From: Glaucostegus cemiculus
Lineage: Eukaryota
DNA: 64,000 nt
Reading direction: 5' to 3'
Assembly: GCA_976551045.1 (NCBI GenBank)
Contig: CDPCPM010000012.1
Location: forward strand, 19,840,001 to 19,904,000
Numbering within the stretch: the stretch's first letter is position 1; each line of letters starts with the position of its first letter. The translations under genes and the position numbers were made by a program. Of this stretch, positions 52,101 through 64,000 are shown piece by piece. The notes below the pieces were generated by a model that made no database searches, had not been told where the DNA came from, and saw nothing but the letters and a program-made list of their open reading frames with translations.

Positions 52101-52529
52101 TAAATGAGGGAGCTACTGTGTGTTCTTGAAAAAAATGTGCGCCTTCTACCGGATTAAAATATTTTGAAGGGGAAATTAAAGCTAAGGACAACGATTCCCC
52201 GACGCGAATTCAAGTGAAACTATTGAAACTCGTTGAATTTGCTGAGATCAAACTAGTTTTCTTTGGGGCTTCTAGTCTGTATTACACGGACATGACTAAC
52301 ACTAGGCCCCACAGAGCAACGATAGTTAATTAACTTGAAAATAATAAATCCGCAAGAGGTCATGAATTAGATCAAAATGTGGCATACATAGTCTGTATTA
52401 CACGGACACAGCCAATGTCGAGTTCTCATAAATATTTACACTTAAATGTGACTAGTCTTGGGGAAAAGACTTTACATGTAGTCTCCCTTTAGTAATGAAA
52501 CATCTATGAGCCATTGTCATTGAGCCATT

Positions 52530-53430
52530 GAGACAACAGAACGAGATTTCTTTGGCACTCCCATGTCAGACAATAGGCGCAGTACTTAAATATTAAATAA
52601 ATAGAGAATAAAGTAAGTTAGAGTTTACACTGTAGGGTTTACTTGATGTATTAGAGGGAGAGAGAAGCGAGAAAGGACTAGTGCAATCTGTAAAATTTAA
52701 AGTCTTTGTTTAAGATTTTCATGGCGTTGGGGGAGAAGCTATTCCTCAATCTGGCCGTGGATATGTGGAATGTCCTGAAGCGTTTCCTTGAGGGGAGCAG
52801 ACTGAAGAGGTGATGGGCCGGGTGGGTAGAGTCCTTAATGATGTTTGTAGCCTTGTTCTGACACCGGGACTCATAAATGACTGCCAATGCGGGTAGGCGC
52901 ACCCCTGTGATTTTCTGTGCCGTTTCAATCACCCACTGTAGGCCTTTCCTCTCTTTGTTGGTACAGCTGGCATACCAGGCAGTGATGCCGTATGTCAGGA
53001 TGCTCTCTATCGCACACCTATAGAAATTAACCAGGATACCTGTTGACAAATTTGTACTCTTCAGCTGCTGTAGGAAGTACAGACGCTGTTGTGCCTTCCT
53101 GGTGCTTAATGTAGAGTGAGTTCCCCAGGAGAGGTCTTCGGTGGTGTGAGTCCCCAGGAATGTGAAGCTTGTAACACTCTACTGCCTCGCCATCAATGAG
53201 CACTGGGCCAAGTTCTGTTCTGCTCGTTGTCCTGAAGTCAACCACAATCTCCTTGGTTTTCTTAGTGTTTAGAATAAGATTGTTGGTAGAACACCAGGCT
53301 GTTAGGTTGTCCACCTCATCCCTGTACGCAGACTCATCACCGTCGGAGATTAAGCCGATGACTGTTGTGTCATTTGCGAGTTTAATTATGGTATTTCTAC
53401 CATGTTTGGGTGAACAGTCTCTTAACACAA
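52530..53430 (-). mobile_element. L2/Rex-Babar-type LINE 3' fragment
   Basis: ORFs 53027-53428 (IKLANDTTVIGLI..LN.KKTKEIVVDFR) and 52678-53049 (FYRCAIESILTYGITAWY..HPAHHLFSLLPS); frameshifted. Confidence 0.85.
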
Positions 53431-54937
53431 GTTGTGAGTTTAACTGTAGGAGTGGAAATTTATAGTTAATTGCCTTTATTGATATATGTAGCCATTTTTA
53501 ACTAAACTACCTTGAAGTCTATTTGAAACCACCCATTGAGTGTGAGGCATCCTGATTTTGTACTGTCCTAATTGGGCAGTAGAAAACAAACAAATGTTCA
53601 CATTAATTCACCTTGATGAACACCATTATAATACTGTATTGAGTGATGGGGGGGGAACAGCCCTTTTGTAATTGCTGTAACCTGTGATATACCTTGAAAG
53701 CATCTTTATTTATTCCTAAATAACTACTTGCAAAGCTTCCCCCATAATTATGGAAAAGATTATAGTTTTACTAATAAACTTGGAGCTAATGATGAGACAT
53801 GAGTTAAGTTTTTCTAAGCTGTATAAAAGAAAATAATTTCCTTTTGTAATTAAAAGAGAAACTGAAATTAGTTTAAAACAGGGTAAATGTGCATAAATGA
53901 AGACAAATTGAAATAATTTAGATGTTGAATAGGCTATGGTCATGATTTAAAATTTTTAAATGCAAAATCTGGAATTCTTTTGTGATTTTTCTTATATTTT
54001 ACTTTTACAATGCTGATGGATTGCTACTTTTGAAGTTTCATATAGGTTGACACATAAAAACTTGTGTATTGCGTTAACATAGACAAATAATGCTTTTTTA
54101 AAAAAAAATGTGGAACATGCTGGGATAGGTGAAAACTTCTCTGGGAAGGTGTCCAAAATCAGTCAATTTGGAATTAAAAGTTTGAAATGTGAACTCCATT
54201 TGAAAACAATTACAATGAAAAAATTGTTGCAGAACTTAAAATATTACTTGAATGAATTTTGTAGGTGATCTTTCTGATTAAACTCTGAGTACTTAATGAG
54301 CATGAATTACATTTATCTGTGCATTGAATTGGAAGTTGTGATGAGGTAAAACTTGCTAGTGTAATGACAACGCAAATCAACGTAATGCTTCAAAATTGAT
54401 AATTAAAATACTGTTATTCATATGCAAAGTAATCTAAAACTTCAGATATGTTTATTGATTTAAACATGCTATTCATCGCTTCATATGGGGGGAGAAGCCT
54501 CTAGACCCACCATATGTGGGCTAAGTAACTTTACTTGCAAGTATAGTTAATTACGATATTTATAGATTTTACCCTGCAGTGGTTTTTTATTGCAGTGATT
54601 ATGTTGTAATAGTAAAGAAAAAGTAAAATGAATTTTCAAGTAACCAAAGACTTTCAAAATTGGTACCTACTGCAGAGTGGGCTTGTAACAACTTGGTCAA
54701 TGAAATTTTGCTCCCATGGTGTGACCACAAATTGTTCAAACTGTCAATGGAAACACCGCTGCTAACATGGATAGGCAGTTAAATATATGAAAATTGGAGG
54801 AAATTTGCAGAGAAGTATTAAATGACATGGACTTGGAAGGCAACTGTTTCAGAAATCTATATTATAGTAGGATATCATGGAGACCTCTGACTCCTAAAAG
54901 CAGAATTCTGCAGCTCTGTTTAATATAAGATCACATT

Positions 54938-57900
54938 TGTAGCGATCCGCACTACTGGTGGCCGAAACACCATTGGCTGCCGCGGGGAAATGTGTAAGTT
55001 CTCGCGATAGCGTCAGAAGGCAGGGCTTCTGGCGGGAGTATGATGTCACATCCGCCGGCCATGTTTTTTGTAGTTTTGCATGCACGCGTTTTTTGTGCGA
55101 GTGAATAAAGTGTGTTTGATCTAGTCACCGCATCCTTGAGTCTTTCCAAGCTGCAATTCATGGGCTGCTACATTTGGTGACCCCCGACGATTTCAGACGG
55201 CATCTGGAATCATGAATACCGACTCCCACAATGCCCTTGCACTCTAACTCCTGGTTTTCTGGACCTCACAGCCTCAAGTCTGGTTTGAACAGGCCGAGGC
55301 CCAGGTCAGTGTCATCGAAGCCGATGCCATGAAGTATTACTATGTGGTCAGCGCCCTCGGCCAGGACACGGCCAGTCGCATCTTCGATTTTCTACACCAG
55401 CCACCGATGGAGGACAGGTACGCCCAAGCCAAGGCTCTTTTCATCCACATGTTTGGCCTTTCCCTTAACGACAGCCACAAGGCTCCACATGGGTGGTCTA
55501 GGTGACCACAAGCCCTCTAAATTAATGAATGACATGCTGGTGTTCATGGATGGCCATCAGCCGTGTTTCCTGTTCCGGCAGCTATTCCTTGAGCAGCTCC
55601 CAGACAATATGCACACCCTCCTTGCTGGTAGGGATTTCAGTGACCCTTGCGGCCACAACAGACGTCATTTGTAGCAGTCAGCAGCAAGGAGTGGCCTCTG
55701 CCTGTGTAGCCTGGGGCTGTGAGGCTGCTGCTAAGGCCCCGAAACCCAAACCATCAGGGCCCACAGAGGACAAAGACAAGGGCCCAGAGCAGTGGTGTTT
55801 CTTCTACAAGAGGTGGGGGACGAATGCGCACCGCTGCCTACTGCTGTGCTCTTTCCCAGGAAATGCTGAGACCGGCTGTCATTAGTGGCTTTGATGGCTG
55901 GCCAGCGAGACAGCCTACTCTTCCTTTGGGATGGGTTCACTGGGCAGTGTTTCCTGGTGGGTAAGGGGGCCGAAATCAGTGTCCTCCCCCTCCAACATGG
56001 ATACCCACAACGTGGTCAAAGGCCCTGAACTCACCATGGCAAAAAGCTCTTCCACACCTATGACCTGCGCACCATCCCGTTACGCTTTGGAACCGGTTTG
56101 TTTACCTGGACCTTCACAGTAGCAGAGGTATCACAGCCACTGCTAGGGGCAGATTTCTTGCACGCCAACCGCTTGCTGGTCGATCTGAAGGGCTGGCGTC
56201 TGGTCCATGCAGAGACTTCCCAAAGCTACCAGCTCGGGAAGGCCTGGTCACCTGCACCCCACCTAGACTCTGTTGCACTCTCCGACAATGAGTTTGCTAA
56301 GGTGCTGGCACAATTTCCTTCCATTATCACCCCGCAGTTCTCCACTGCAATCTCCAAGCATGGCATGCAGCACCACATCACACAGGGACCTCCGCTGCAC
56401 GCCCGCGCCAGCAGGCTCCCGCCTGACAAGCTCTGCCTTGCCAAGGAGGAGTTTCGCAAGATGGAGGAGTTGGGCATCATCTGCTGTTCCGACAGCCCAT
56501 GGGCATCCCCATTCCACATGGTGCCCAAACCAACGGGGGGCTGGAGACCCTGCGGAGACTACAGGAGGCTCAATGATGCCACGGCTGCTGACAGGTACCC
56601 TGTGCCCCACATCCAGGACTTCACAGTGAATCTCCATGGGGCAAACATTTTCTCTTAAGATCGAACTGGTCCAGGGATACCATCAGATCCCTGTTCACCC
56701 CGACGACGTGCCCAGAACAGCCCTCATCACCCCCTTTGGGCTGTTCGAGTTCTTCCGAATGCCTTTCGGTCTAAACTAAACACCACCCAGACTTTTCAAA
56801 GGTTAATGACTCAGTGAGCAGTGGCCTCGATTTCACTTTTGTGTACCTGGATGACATTCTGGTAGCCAGCAAGTTGCGCAAGGAGCACCCATCCCATCTC
56901 CGTCAGTTCTGCCAGTGCCTGAGCGACCACGGGTTGGTGAGCAACCCGGCAAAGTGCCAGTTCGGGCTGCGGGAGATCAACTTCTTGGGCCACAGGGTGA
57001 ACCAGCATGGCACTGTTCCACTACCAGATAAGGTGCAGGTCATTCTCCAATTTCCCAAGCCCTACACAGTCAAGCCCTACACAGAATTCGTGGGGGATGA
57101 TGAATTTCTACCACCGTTTTGTGCCCGCAGCAGCATGCATCATGCGACCCTTGTTCCGACTCATGGCCGGCAAGGCCAAGGATATTGTTTGGGATGTGGA
57201 GGCTTCGGCAGCTTTTGATTGGACTAAGGAAGCACTGGCCAAGGCAACACTCCTGGTGCACCCAAGAGTTGATGTCCCAACAGCGCTCACTTTCGACGCT
57301 TCTGACACAGCAGTCAGTGGGGTGTTGGAATAACTCATTGAGGGCCAGTGGAGACAGTTTGCCTTTTTCAGCCGACATTTGCGGCCGCCAGAGATCAGGT
57401 ACAGTATTTTCGACAGGGAGCTACTGGCTCTTTACCTGGCTGTCGGCCATTTCTGCTATTTCCTTGAGGGAAGGTACTTTACCATCTACATGGATCACAA
57501 TTCCTTCACATTTGTGTTGGCTAAGACATCGGACCAGTGGTTGGCTCGGCAGCAACGGCACCTCCTTCATTTTGGAGTTTACCACAGACGTCCGCCACAT
57601 CGCCGGGAAGAGCAACGTGGTCGCCGACACACTGTCCCACTCTCACATCTATTCAGCGACCACCCCAGTCACGGGGGTCGACTACACGGCACTGGCGCAA
57701 GCGCAGCAGGCAGAAGATGAGATCCCCGCATACCACACTGCAATCTCGGGACTCCGGCTGGAAGACGTCCCTGTTGGCCCCATGGCGACCTGGCTTCTGT
57801 GTGACACATCTATTGGCAGACCCCGGCCAGTGGTGCCCACAACGTGGAGACAATGAGTTTTCGACGCCCTGCACAGCCTGGCCTACCCGTCAATTAGGGC

Positions 57901-59143
57901 GACTATCAGGATGGCGGCAGAAAAATTCATCTGGCATGGTCTTCACAAGCAGGTGGAGCACTGGGCCAGAACCTGCATGCTCTGTCAGACAGCCAAGGTC
58001 CAGCAGCACGTGAAGGCTCTCCTCCAGCATTTTCAACCAACGCTTGGCAGGTTCCAGTGCATTCACATGGACATCGGACAGCTGCCAGTGTCCCGGGGCG
58101 CCAGGTACATTTTCACTGTGGTAGACTGGTTCACCAGGTGGCCGGAGGCAGTGCCGCTGGCAGCCACGTCCACCGCGTCCTGTGCCAGAGCCCTCATTGC
58201 CCACTGGATTGCCTGGTTTGGCCTCCCAGCGGACATTACCTCCAATCGAGGGGCGCAGTTCACATCCGGCTTGTGGACGGCGCTGGCGCAGTTCCTGGGT
58301 TCCCAACTGCATTACACCACAGCATACCACCCGCAGAGCGTTTGCCCTGATGGCTCGCCTGCAGGAGCCTAACTGGACAGACGAGCTCCCCTGGGTCCTG
58401 CTGGGCATCTGTACAGCCCCCAAGGAAGATTTAGGCATCTCCTCAGCCGAGCTGGTCTACGGCTCCCCCCTCACTACTGGGCGAGTTTGTACCGGGGGCT
58501 CGAGACCCAGCAGGGACCCCAGCAGAGGTGTTAGGTAAGCTGCAGGCCAAGGTGGAGACATTGGCACTGATCCCGACCTCCAGGCACGGCACAACGCCTT
58601 CTTTCGTTCCAAAGGACCTCCAGGGTTCTGAGTGCGTTTTCATCCCCAGGGGAGCACATGGGTCACCCCTACAGAAGCAGTACAAGGGGCCTTTCCAGGT
58701 GGTCCGGCGCAATGGGTTCGACATATGTCAGAGGTTGGGGGTGGTGAGGAGACTTTCACGGTAGACCACCTGAAGCCAGCGCATCTGGACATTGCGCACC
58801 TGGTCAGAGTGCCTTCGCTGCGCCGAAGGGGCAGGCCACCCAAGATGGACGTTTGGGCCGATAGCCCTGTGCCTTTGATGGGCGTTTCTGTGGGGGGGGG
58901 GGGGGACGGCGTAGTGACCTGTGCTGCTGGCGGCTGAAATGCTGTTGGCCGCTGTGGGGAAACACGCGAGTTCTTGCGATAGCGTCGGAAGGCGGGACTT
59001 CCAATGGGAGTATGGCGTCACTTCCGCTGGCCGTGTTTTTTGTAGTTATGCGTGCGCACGTTTTTGTGTGAGTGAATAAAGCGTGCTCGATTGAGTCTCC
59101 GCGTCCTCGAGTTTTTCCAAACCGCACTTCACGGGCTGCTACA
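54938..59143 (+). mobile_element. Full-length decayed Ty3/Gypsy LTR retrotransposon
   Basis: LTRs 54938-55172 and 58910-59143 ending GCTACA; CATT on both flanks; PBS TGGTGACCCCCGACG at 55175 (tRNA-Trp type); poly-G PPT before the 3' LTR; gag (WFEQAEAQ), PR, RT (WASP..GDYRRLN, YLDD), RH, IN (GAQFTS, TTAYHPQ) in Gypsy order, with many stops and frameshifts. Confidence 0.95.
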
Positions 59144-60211
59144 CATTCGTTTTTACTCAATGTACGTAACAAGAAGCACCTAGTGGAACGGAAGTTACAT
59201 AATGTACCTTAACATAATTATCATACACCAATCAGGTTAAAGGCTAACAGACTGCAGTTTCAATATAGGTAAACACCTGAACATATAATGTCAAGACATA
59301 GCTTCCACAGAAGCATTATCATGTGCCTTGTGAAATATTTTAGGTTTGTTGAATATATTTGTCGCTCCAGTGATGACTAAATCTAAACAATAACTTAAAT
59401 TTGCTAAAATAAATGGAAATTTTACATTTGTCATTGAACGTGAACGAAGGTGAATTGCAATTATCACTAGCAAAGAAATGCCCCAGATGGTTACGAGTAA
59501 ACACCAAGGTTTCATGTTTTGGTGTAATATACACAAAATTTAACTTTGAATACAGCTCTTAACTTGAAGGACTGTTGGGACAGTTTCTCCAAATTCAGTA
59601 ATATTTAAAACTTACAATTTAGACACAAATGGTCTAGGTCACGTCTTCCAGAGTAATATTGTCGAGGTTAATGCTTGCAAGCACTTCTAGATCTTGAGGC
59701 TTCTAATGGCCAATTTCTAACTTAAATTATTTCAGAAAATAGTAACTTCTGACCATACTTAACTTTTCCATTTAAATTTTAAGGACAGTTTATCCTTGAA
59801 CACAACTTGAATCTGTTCAATATTGTCACATGCTGAGATACATTAAAAAAGTTTTTCATACTGTTCATACAAATCAATTCATTACGCAGTTCATAAGGAA
59901 GTAATACAGAATGCAGAATAATAGAGAGAAAGTGTGGATGGACAAGGAGTATGGTCATAACAAGCTAGACTGTGAGGTCAAGAGTCTTATCTTATGCTAG
60001 GTAACTGTTCAATAGTTCCATAAAAGCTAGCTAGAAGCTGACCTTGAGCCTGGTGGTACATGCTTTCAGGCTTTTGTATTTTCTGTCAGAGAAAAGAGTG
60101 ACTGCAGTGAATGCGTTCTTTGATTATGCTGGTTGCTTTACTGAGGCAGCGAGAAGCATATTATATGGAGGGGAGTCAGGTTTAGGATGCTTTCTATGGT
60201 GCATCTGTAGA

Positions 60212-60835
60212 AGTAAGGGGTTAAAAATCTTAACTATTTTCATAACTGGTAGAAAAGACACACTTCCCAAACTGGACTAGGGAGCTGACTCACTGGCTGC
60301 GGAATGCTAGGCACATTGTCTTTGGCCGGGTATTGGAACACTTTGAGCTAACGGAAACCAGCTGAAATTAATATCGCTATAGACAGCAGCAGGGCTGACT
60401 GAAATTGACATCGCAATAGACAGCAGTACCGTTGGCTGAAATTAACATCATAGATGCTGGTGATACTGGGTGGGATTAACATTGGGGTGGAAGCAGATGG
60501 AAATGCAGTTAATATTAAAGTGGAATCTCAAGTTAATGAGTGATAACCCACCTTTGTATTTCTTAATTACAATATGATTATACTAAGACAAAGAGTGCAA
60601 TAGCTGTATAGCTCACCCAAACCTCATGGCACCTGGTGTATGGGGTTTGCATGAGAAAACTATAAATTTTGGTCTTCCCGCTGCTCGGGGAGAAACCTCA
60701 GGAAGAACCTCTGAGTGAGGGCTGAAGGGATTTCTCCTAGCAGATCGGCTCCAAATAAAGGTACCTTTTCAACCAGACCTCGTGGCACTTTTTTTTTGCA
60801 GTGGATAGAAGGGTAAATAGTTTTCAGGACAACTA
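60212..60835 (+). mobile_element. 5' LTR of an endogenous retrovirus (edges approximate)
   Basis: Begins where an L2-type fragment breaks off (AGTAAGGGG, TG-like start); U3 direct repeats 60361-60460, TATAAA 60661, AATAAA ~60754; PBS immediately downstream. Confidence 0.65.
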
Positions 60836-60837
60836 TT

Positions 60838-63800
60838 TGGCATGCCAGCCAGGAGTCCAACACAAGTGGGCGACTGGCGGAGGCATTGGCTGCTTGAGAC
60901 AAGGTACCTTACCTTGATCTCTCTTAGGAAGCCGAATATCTGATCGATCCCGTTGCTTCCCGACAATTCTCTGACGGGCTCCTCGTGAACCTGTCTGAGT
61001 GCCACAGGTAAGAAGGGGCTCAAATCCCATCTTGGTTCTTAGGTTAAGTTAAAGTTTGGGGTTCAAGTCCCCAGGTTAAGTTAAGCTAAATTAAAGTTCC
61101 ATTGGGGGTTCGAGTCCCCAGTTCCGGGTTCGGGACTTTTAAGTGTGTGAATTTCAAGGATGTGAGCGCTAGGTTCTGAGATCAGTTCTCTGGTACTACC
61201 ACCCTGCCTTAGACCGGTTTTAAAGAGGGGAGGTCCCCCATGGGAAGGTCAGGAATGTGAAGTGGGTGAAGGAAAGAGACAAATCTTATAGATATTTGCG
61301 GTGATTTATACTGTACGTAGGATTGCGAAGGACATGATATGGGACAAGCCCTTAACAAGTCAGGATCCAATACTCCACTATTTAGGTTGTGTAGAGACGA
61401 TCCAAAGAACAAGAGTGGTTTCTGTAAATTTTTGGCATGCCTTAATAAGAAATTGGGAAATGAAATTTGGCCATGGGGGGGGCGGGGGAGCTTGGGATAT
61501 AGGTAAGTGTCTTAAAACAGAAAAAGCAATTTCGGAACGGAGTATGGGGGAAAATGGAAACTTAATGACCACCTGGAGAAAAAACGGCCGAAGAGATAAC
61601 AAATCTAAGCAAGCTATCTGGAAACATAATGCACACAGGAGGGGAATGAGGATGTGTGATGAAAAGGAAAATTCTAAGAGTTGGGAAGTCTTCAAGTCTC
61701 AGTGTGAGGACTACGATGGTGAGAGGAGTAGAAGGAAGTGGAGGAGCATAAGGAGAAATGCAAAAATAAAAACAAATAAAGGAAATAGGGATAAAGTGAA
61801 GATACCTCCTGATGTGTCTCGCGTGCCCCTGTTGTTCCAAAGTAATGATACAGGTGAAGAGGACTGGACAGTTCAACCCACAGCCCCTATCTACTCATCG
61901 TTCCGTTGCCGCCCTTGTATAATGCGGCTAGCCTGGCAGCTGTCTCACCCCAGAAAAAAGCCTACAGTCCCATTGTGTTCTGAACCAGAAATCATCTCAG
62001 GTGCAGGGAGAGCCTGCACAGCTCTTAAGACTATAGACAAGCGCTGCAGTTCCCCAATGAACTCAAGACAGATTCTGATTCCCACTCCACTGCTGAGTGT
62101 GGTGATCCCACCAGCCCAACCACGCTAAATGGGACTAAGAGACAAAGTAGGAAGCAATTCCCCGATAGGAGTGTCCCTAATCCTGATCCAGCCAAGCCAG
62201 CGCTAATCCCATGATCCAAATTTACACCCCTTGGAAGGTTTAAGATACGTGCCTAATTATGAGCCAGGCGCCCAATTGCAAGACCGACCTGGAGGATTTC
62301 ATTGACTATAATCGGGATGATTCAAATGTGTTAGGCTTCCCCCCAAGACCTTATCAGTCTTTGTTGCATGGCCCTTACTACTAGCGAGGTGGAAAGAACA
62401 CCTGGGTATTTATGCGGACTGGACGGCTTCAGGCAGCCATCCGGCTGCAGGACCAGGTAGCCACTATTAGAACTGCCCTTTGCAAAACCCTTCGACAGCC
62501 TATTGACATAACCAAGGTCATAGATTGCTAGCCAAAGCAGGGAGAGGATGGTCCTGATTTTTGGGACCAATTCTGCTCAATCTGCAGTATTCATGCATGG
62601 GAGGATGCCTTACAACTGAGGCAATACCTCCCCCCAATTTAACTCCTTACTACAATCTATCCCTGAAGGGGTAGCGGCAGCTATCCACATGAATGATGTG
62701 AACTGCCCTGACCATACACGGCCAGCCATACGGAGGGCACTAATCCACTTCTGGGGTAATGGGCGCGATTCAAAAGCCAAGGGGACGAAACATGAAATGG
62801 TTCAGAGACCCTCTCGACCCTAACATCCCTGCCTGACGAGGTGAACTGTCCCACTGAACAGCAGTTTTGTGCTCCAGAAGGGGTTGACCAGCCCAGTACA
62901 GGATACTCCCTACATCCCAGCGACTTAAGAGCCCCAGTGTACGGATTCCTTATTGAGTCACCACCACCTCTCCCTTGTGACTACTTAGCTCCCAGGTGAC
63001 CCCAACAACCCGCATCAGCACACAACAGACAAATGGGACGTTAACTTAGTGGGGTACCTGATCACTGGCGACAGGACTGTCCCTACTACCGACCAACGAG
63101 ACCCCTCCACTAGTCGACCACCTTTCTCAACTAACAACCAGTTTTTGTCCTGACCAGATGAGGAGAGATTCCGTGTACCCCACCCTGACCAATAATCTGG
63201 AAAATGAGCCCTTTGTCAATTTCACACATTCCTTGCAATTTCCCTCTCCCGACTCTCAGTGCCTGCTCGCTTTCATCTTCCAAGGCCAGCAATACACTGG
63301 GATGTGCCCCCCACAAGGTTTCATACACTCCTAACTATTTTCTCCCCCCCCCCCCAAGTTTTACATAAACAACTCAAAGTTAGAACTTCCTGGTAAGTCT
63401 ACTGTTGTAATATCGCAGACATGAATAGTTTACTTAACGCGCTCCACTCTCGCGGGTATGTAATATCTCCATAGAAGGTAAAATGAACTCAGTCACAGCA
63501 GCCCCCAGTCTGTCCAGAAAGCAGAACTCTGCCCTGACCAGAGCTTGCATTGTAGTCAAGGACAAGGTAGCTAACGTCTTCACGAATCCCCACTATGCTT
63601 TTGGGGTTGCATATGATTTTGGCCAACTCTGGGCACATAGGGATTTTCTGATCTCCACGGGTAACCCCATACAGAATGCAGCCTACGTAAAAAAAAAACA
63701 CCTCCAGGCCATCCTCCCGAGCAAATATCAAATATTCATCTCACCTTATGGACGCTTCCCCCGTAACCCAGGGGAACAACAGGGCAGACACAGGCAAAAT

Positions 63801-64000
63801 TGGCAGCAAGTCAGGGGTCTAAAATCATTTCAACCGCAGAAAGACAGGCAGTTGTTTGTAAACTGAAGATAGCAACGCCGGGCACCCCAGACATGGGCAC
63901 TGTGCAGCACTTAGGGGGACGCCCCGACTCAGAAAAACAAATGTGGAAGGCACACGGGTATGCACTCTGCGCCACATGGCCTCTGGATTACTCCAGTTGG
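60838..64000 (+). mobile_element. Decayed class I (epsilon-like) ERV internal region: PBS, leader, gag and fragments of pol; continues off the right edge
   Basis: PBS TGGCATGCCAGCCAGGAG (16/18 to tRNA-Arg PBS TGGCGAGCCAGCCAGGAG as recalled); donor CAG|gtaag at 61008; Gag MGQ start at 61339 with IWP motif; PTAP at 61877; degenerate zinc knuckle HWRQDCP ~63063; RT motif PDSQ.LLAFIFQGQQYT...PQGF 63248-63322; RNase H ALTRAC..ANVFTN.HYAFGVAYDFGQLW 63530-63660. Confidence 0.88.

Noticed and set aside
52273-52408. Palindromic direct repeats as a CRISPR-like array
   Set aside because: Only two copies, a 96-bp spacer, vertebrate context and no cas genes.
54482-54516. CATATGGGGGG..CCCACCATATG hairpin
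   Set aside because: An isolated 11-bp imperfect stem is too short for a pre-miRNA and is expected by chance in 64 kb.
61301-62128. 275-aa ORF as an intact or domesticated gene
   Set aside because: Mosaic of frames from a frameshifted ERV gag; the true MGQ start at 61339 is in another frame and shifts at the G-run near 61475.

Overview
Eukaryotic vertebrate DNA. The CR1/L2/Penelope/DeuSINE repeat landscape suggests a cartilaginous fish, probably a ray or shark (inference). Three protein-coding genes lie in tandem on the minus strand. BAP1 contributes only its first coding exon (864-900) and continues off the left edge. AMT (glycine cleavage T protein) is complete: 9 exons, CDS 34403->6833, 1218 nt, 405 aa. 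NICN1 is complete: 6 coding exons, CDS 50586->38646, 648 nt, 215 aa, with one GC-AG intron and a probable non-coding first exon near 51.7-51.85 kb. Three CpG-rich promoters are visible at ~0.9 kb, ~34.5 kb and ~51.9 kb. The last has four evenly spaced E-boxes plus TATA/E2F/Inr motifs pointing to an unidentified plus-strand transcript. The right end holds a full-length decayed Ty3/Gypsy element (54938-59143, CATT target-site duplication, tRNA-Trp PBS) and the 5' part of a decayed, internally deleted class I (epsilon-like) endogenous retrovirus with a tRNA-Arg PBS, whose leader carries three tRNA T-arm-like hairpins. I found no convincing new multi-gene system; the best leads are RNA-structure, regulatory and retroelement observations. 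Repeat boundaries are approximate, read by eye.
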